Assembly: GCA_030390025.1 (NCBI GenBank)
Contig: CM059432.1
Coordinates: 57,972,001-58,036,000, forward strand
DNA: 64,000 nucleotides
Direction: 5' to 3'
Origin: Squalus acanthias
Taxonomy: Eukaryota
The notes under the pieces were generated by a model. It worked only from the letters and a program-made list of their open reading frames with translations. It ran no database searches and was not told the DNA's origin. The position numbers were made by a program, and so were the translations under genes. Position 1 is the first letter of the stretch, and every line of letters starts with the position of its first letter. This document shows, in pieces, positions 62,179 to 64,000 of the stretch.

Positions 62179-62982
62179 GGGGGGAATTTTATCAATGGGG
62201 GCGCGTTGGGGGCGGGACTGCTGCTTGTCGGGTTTCAGTCCCGCCCCCAATGACGTCCGGCCAACCCACGCTATTTTCCCTTGATTGACCTTGTTAGCAG
62301 GCCAATTAAGGGAAAGCCGGTGACAGAGAACGTCAGCGTATGACGTTTCATCTGACAAAAATTTTTGACAGATGAATTGTCATCGGTTGTCAGCTTTGAG
62401 AAGCTGTCAAACACTGACAATCTCTGTTCTTTGGTGAGTCCTTGTACTCAAGACTCACCAAACCTCTTTCCTGAGCAGAAATCAGATGGCTATTGCATCG
62501 GAGAATGCAGCAGCCATTCTGTCATCTTTGCCGTGGAGATGAGGAGCCCTCGGATCCCCAACGGTTGAAGCCTGCAGGAAGAAACAAAGGTAAGGAAACT
62601 TTTTCTAACACTTTTCACTCACCTCCCACACTTACCTCTCCACACTTGCACCCATCACTCACCTCCACAGTGCACTTTTTGAACCCTCTGACCCCCGCAG
62701 ACACACTGCTCACCTCTCTGACCCTGGCGGGGTTTCCTGACGTCGGGAAGCCCGAACTTGTGTTGGAAAAATGGGGATAAGCCTCTTAACTGCCTGTTAA
62801 CAGGCAGTTAAGTGGCTGTAATCCCCTTCCCGCCTCGAGGAGATGGGTCCCAGCGCGAGTCAGGGACCTGCCTCCTGGGAAGATGGCACGGAGGCGGGTT
62901 TGGTACCCGCTCCCAGTTTCTGCCATTTTCCCGGCAGTTCCGCCTCCAAACCCACCTCCCCAGGGCTGGCAAAATTTCCCCC
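62179..62982. mobile_element. Harbinger-type MITE (804 bp) in an old CR1
   Basis: TIR GGGGG(G/A)AATTTT; TSD ATG (62176-78 and 62983-85); removing it restores CR1-like ttgtaatatggtgaccagaactgtac. Confidence 0.8.
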
Positions 62983-63084
62983 ATGGTGACCAGAACTGTA
63001 CAAAATATTGTAAGTGTGGTCTAACCAAGAACATATACAAGTTTAACATAATTTCCCTGCTTTTCAATTCTATTCCTCTAGAAG

Positions 63085-63330
63085 CGTGCCTTTATGTAGA
63101 ACCTGTCACGTCCTCAGGGCATCCCAAAGCAATTCACAGCCAATGAATAACTTCTGAGGTCTTGTCACTGTTGTTACGTAGGTAAATGTGGGAGTGAATT
63201 TGCACACAGCAAGATCCCACAAGCAGCAATGAGATTAATGACTGGTCAATCTATTTTAATAGTATTGGTTGAGGAATATATGTTGGCCAGCACACTGGGA
63301 CAATTCCTCTGCTCTTTGTCAAATAGTGTC
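63085..63330 (-). mobile_element. DeuSINE 3' half
   Basis: Aligns with 17230-17450. Confidence 0.65.
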
Positions 63331-63566
63331 ATTTAAAGATGGAGCTATGTGGGATACTTTTATGAAGTCAAACTTAATTTTAATGGACAGAAAATCTTGG
63401 GATTGGTGCCTGAATTCGTGAAATGTACCCCTGGTAAATGAGACCTGCCAGAAATACAATTTCATAAAATTACCCTTCTGGGTTAAATGGTGCTAATTTG
63501 GTTGTGATGGATTTTTAAACTACATTTATGACAATTCCAAGAGTAAAGAGGTATTGGAATATTTTT

Positions 63567-63667
63567 AATAGAAACAGAAAATGCTGGAAATACTCAGCAG
63601 GTCAGGCAGCATCTGTGGAGAGAGAAACAGAGTTAACGTTTCAGGTCGATGACCTTTCGTCATGTTT
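63567..63667 (-). mobile_element. Penelope 3'-end insertion with hammerhead core, 16-bp TSD
   Basis: TSD GTATTGGAATATTTTT (63551-66 and 63668-83); nearly identical to 16122-16216. Confidence 0.85.
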
Positions 63668-63969
63668 GTATTGGAATATTTTTGTCACCTCACCACAGAA
63701 TTCCATTGTATCCTCTCCCTCACGTGTTGTTTCAAGAATTAATTCTATCACAAATCACAGCATTGGCTTCAGTTGTTTGTGACCTCTTGTAAAATAGTCG
63801 TAAAGGAACAGATAGGATGGTAACTAAACAAACTAAATTCACACACACAAACTTTACAGCAGCAATCATTGGATAATGATCAGCAGTAGGAGCCTTGGCT
63901 GATATCAACTATTTCGCAATAGACCAGGAATCAAACCTGGAACTTTCCTGGTCTGTGTGACCCAGTATT

Positions 63970-64000
63970 ACATAAGAACATAAGAACATAAGAAATAGGA
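63970..64000 (-). mobile_element. CR1 3' tail (element continues beyond the window)
   Basis: (ACATAAGA)3 followed by aatagga, as at 31095-31145. Confidence 0.8.

Overview
Vertebrate genomic DNA, most likely a cartilaginous fish (shark), inferred from the repeat landscape: abundant CR1 LINEs with (ACATAAGA)n/(CATAGAAT)n tails, SacSINE1-like DeuSINEs, Penelope elements and Harbinger MITEs. The only host gene I can support is the 5' part of adenylate cyclase 8 (ADCY8) on the minus strand. Coding exons 1-4 (14258-13401, 11402-11253, 6104-5974, 5372-5261) have GT-AG boundaries and splice into one open frame; the gene continues off the left edge of the window. Its promoter region is CpG-rich and TE-poor and has a perfect CRE (TGACGTCA, 14884-14891). 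From about 17 kb to the end the sequence is mostly transposon-derived and deeply nested: CR1, L2, RTE, Tx1/L1, Penelope, Harbinger, hAT and pogo/Tigger. Highlights: (i) Penelope-derived short retroelements carrying minimal hammerhead-ribozyme cores, including an intact one inside a 48-bp hairpin in ADCY8 intron 2; (ii) a structurally complete Tigger/pogo transposon with perfect 24-bp TIRs, TA TSD and an open 585-aa DD32D transposase; (iii) a full-length two-gene Harbinger; (iv) a Tx1 tandem pair with an odd divergence pattern; (v) reconstructable nested insertion orders. I see no convincing wholly new biological system. Family names come from pattern recognition, not database searches, and boundaries of old repeats are approximate.
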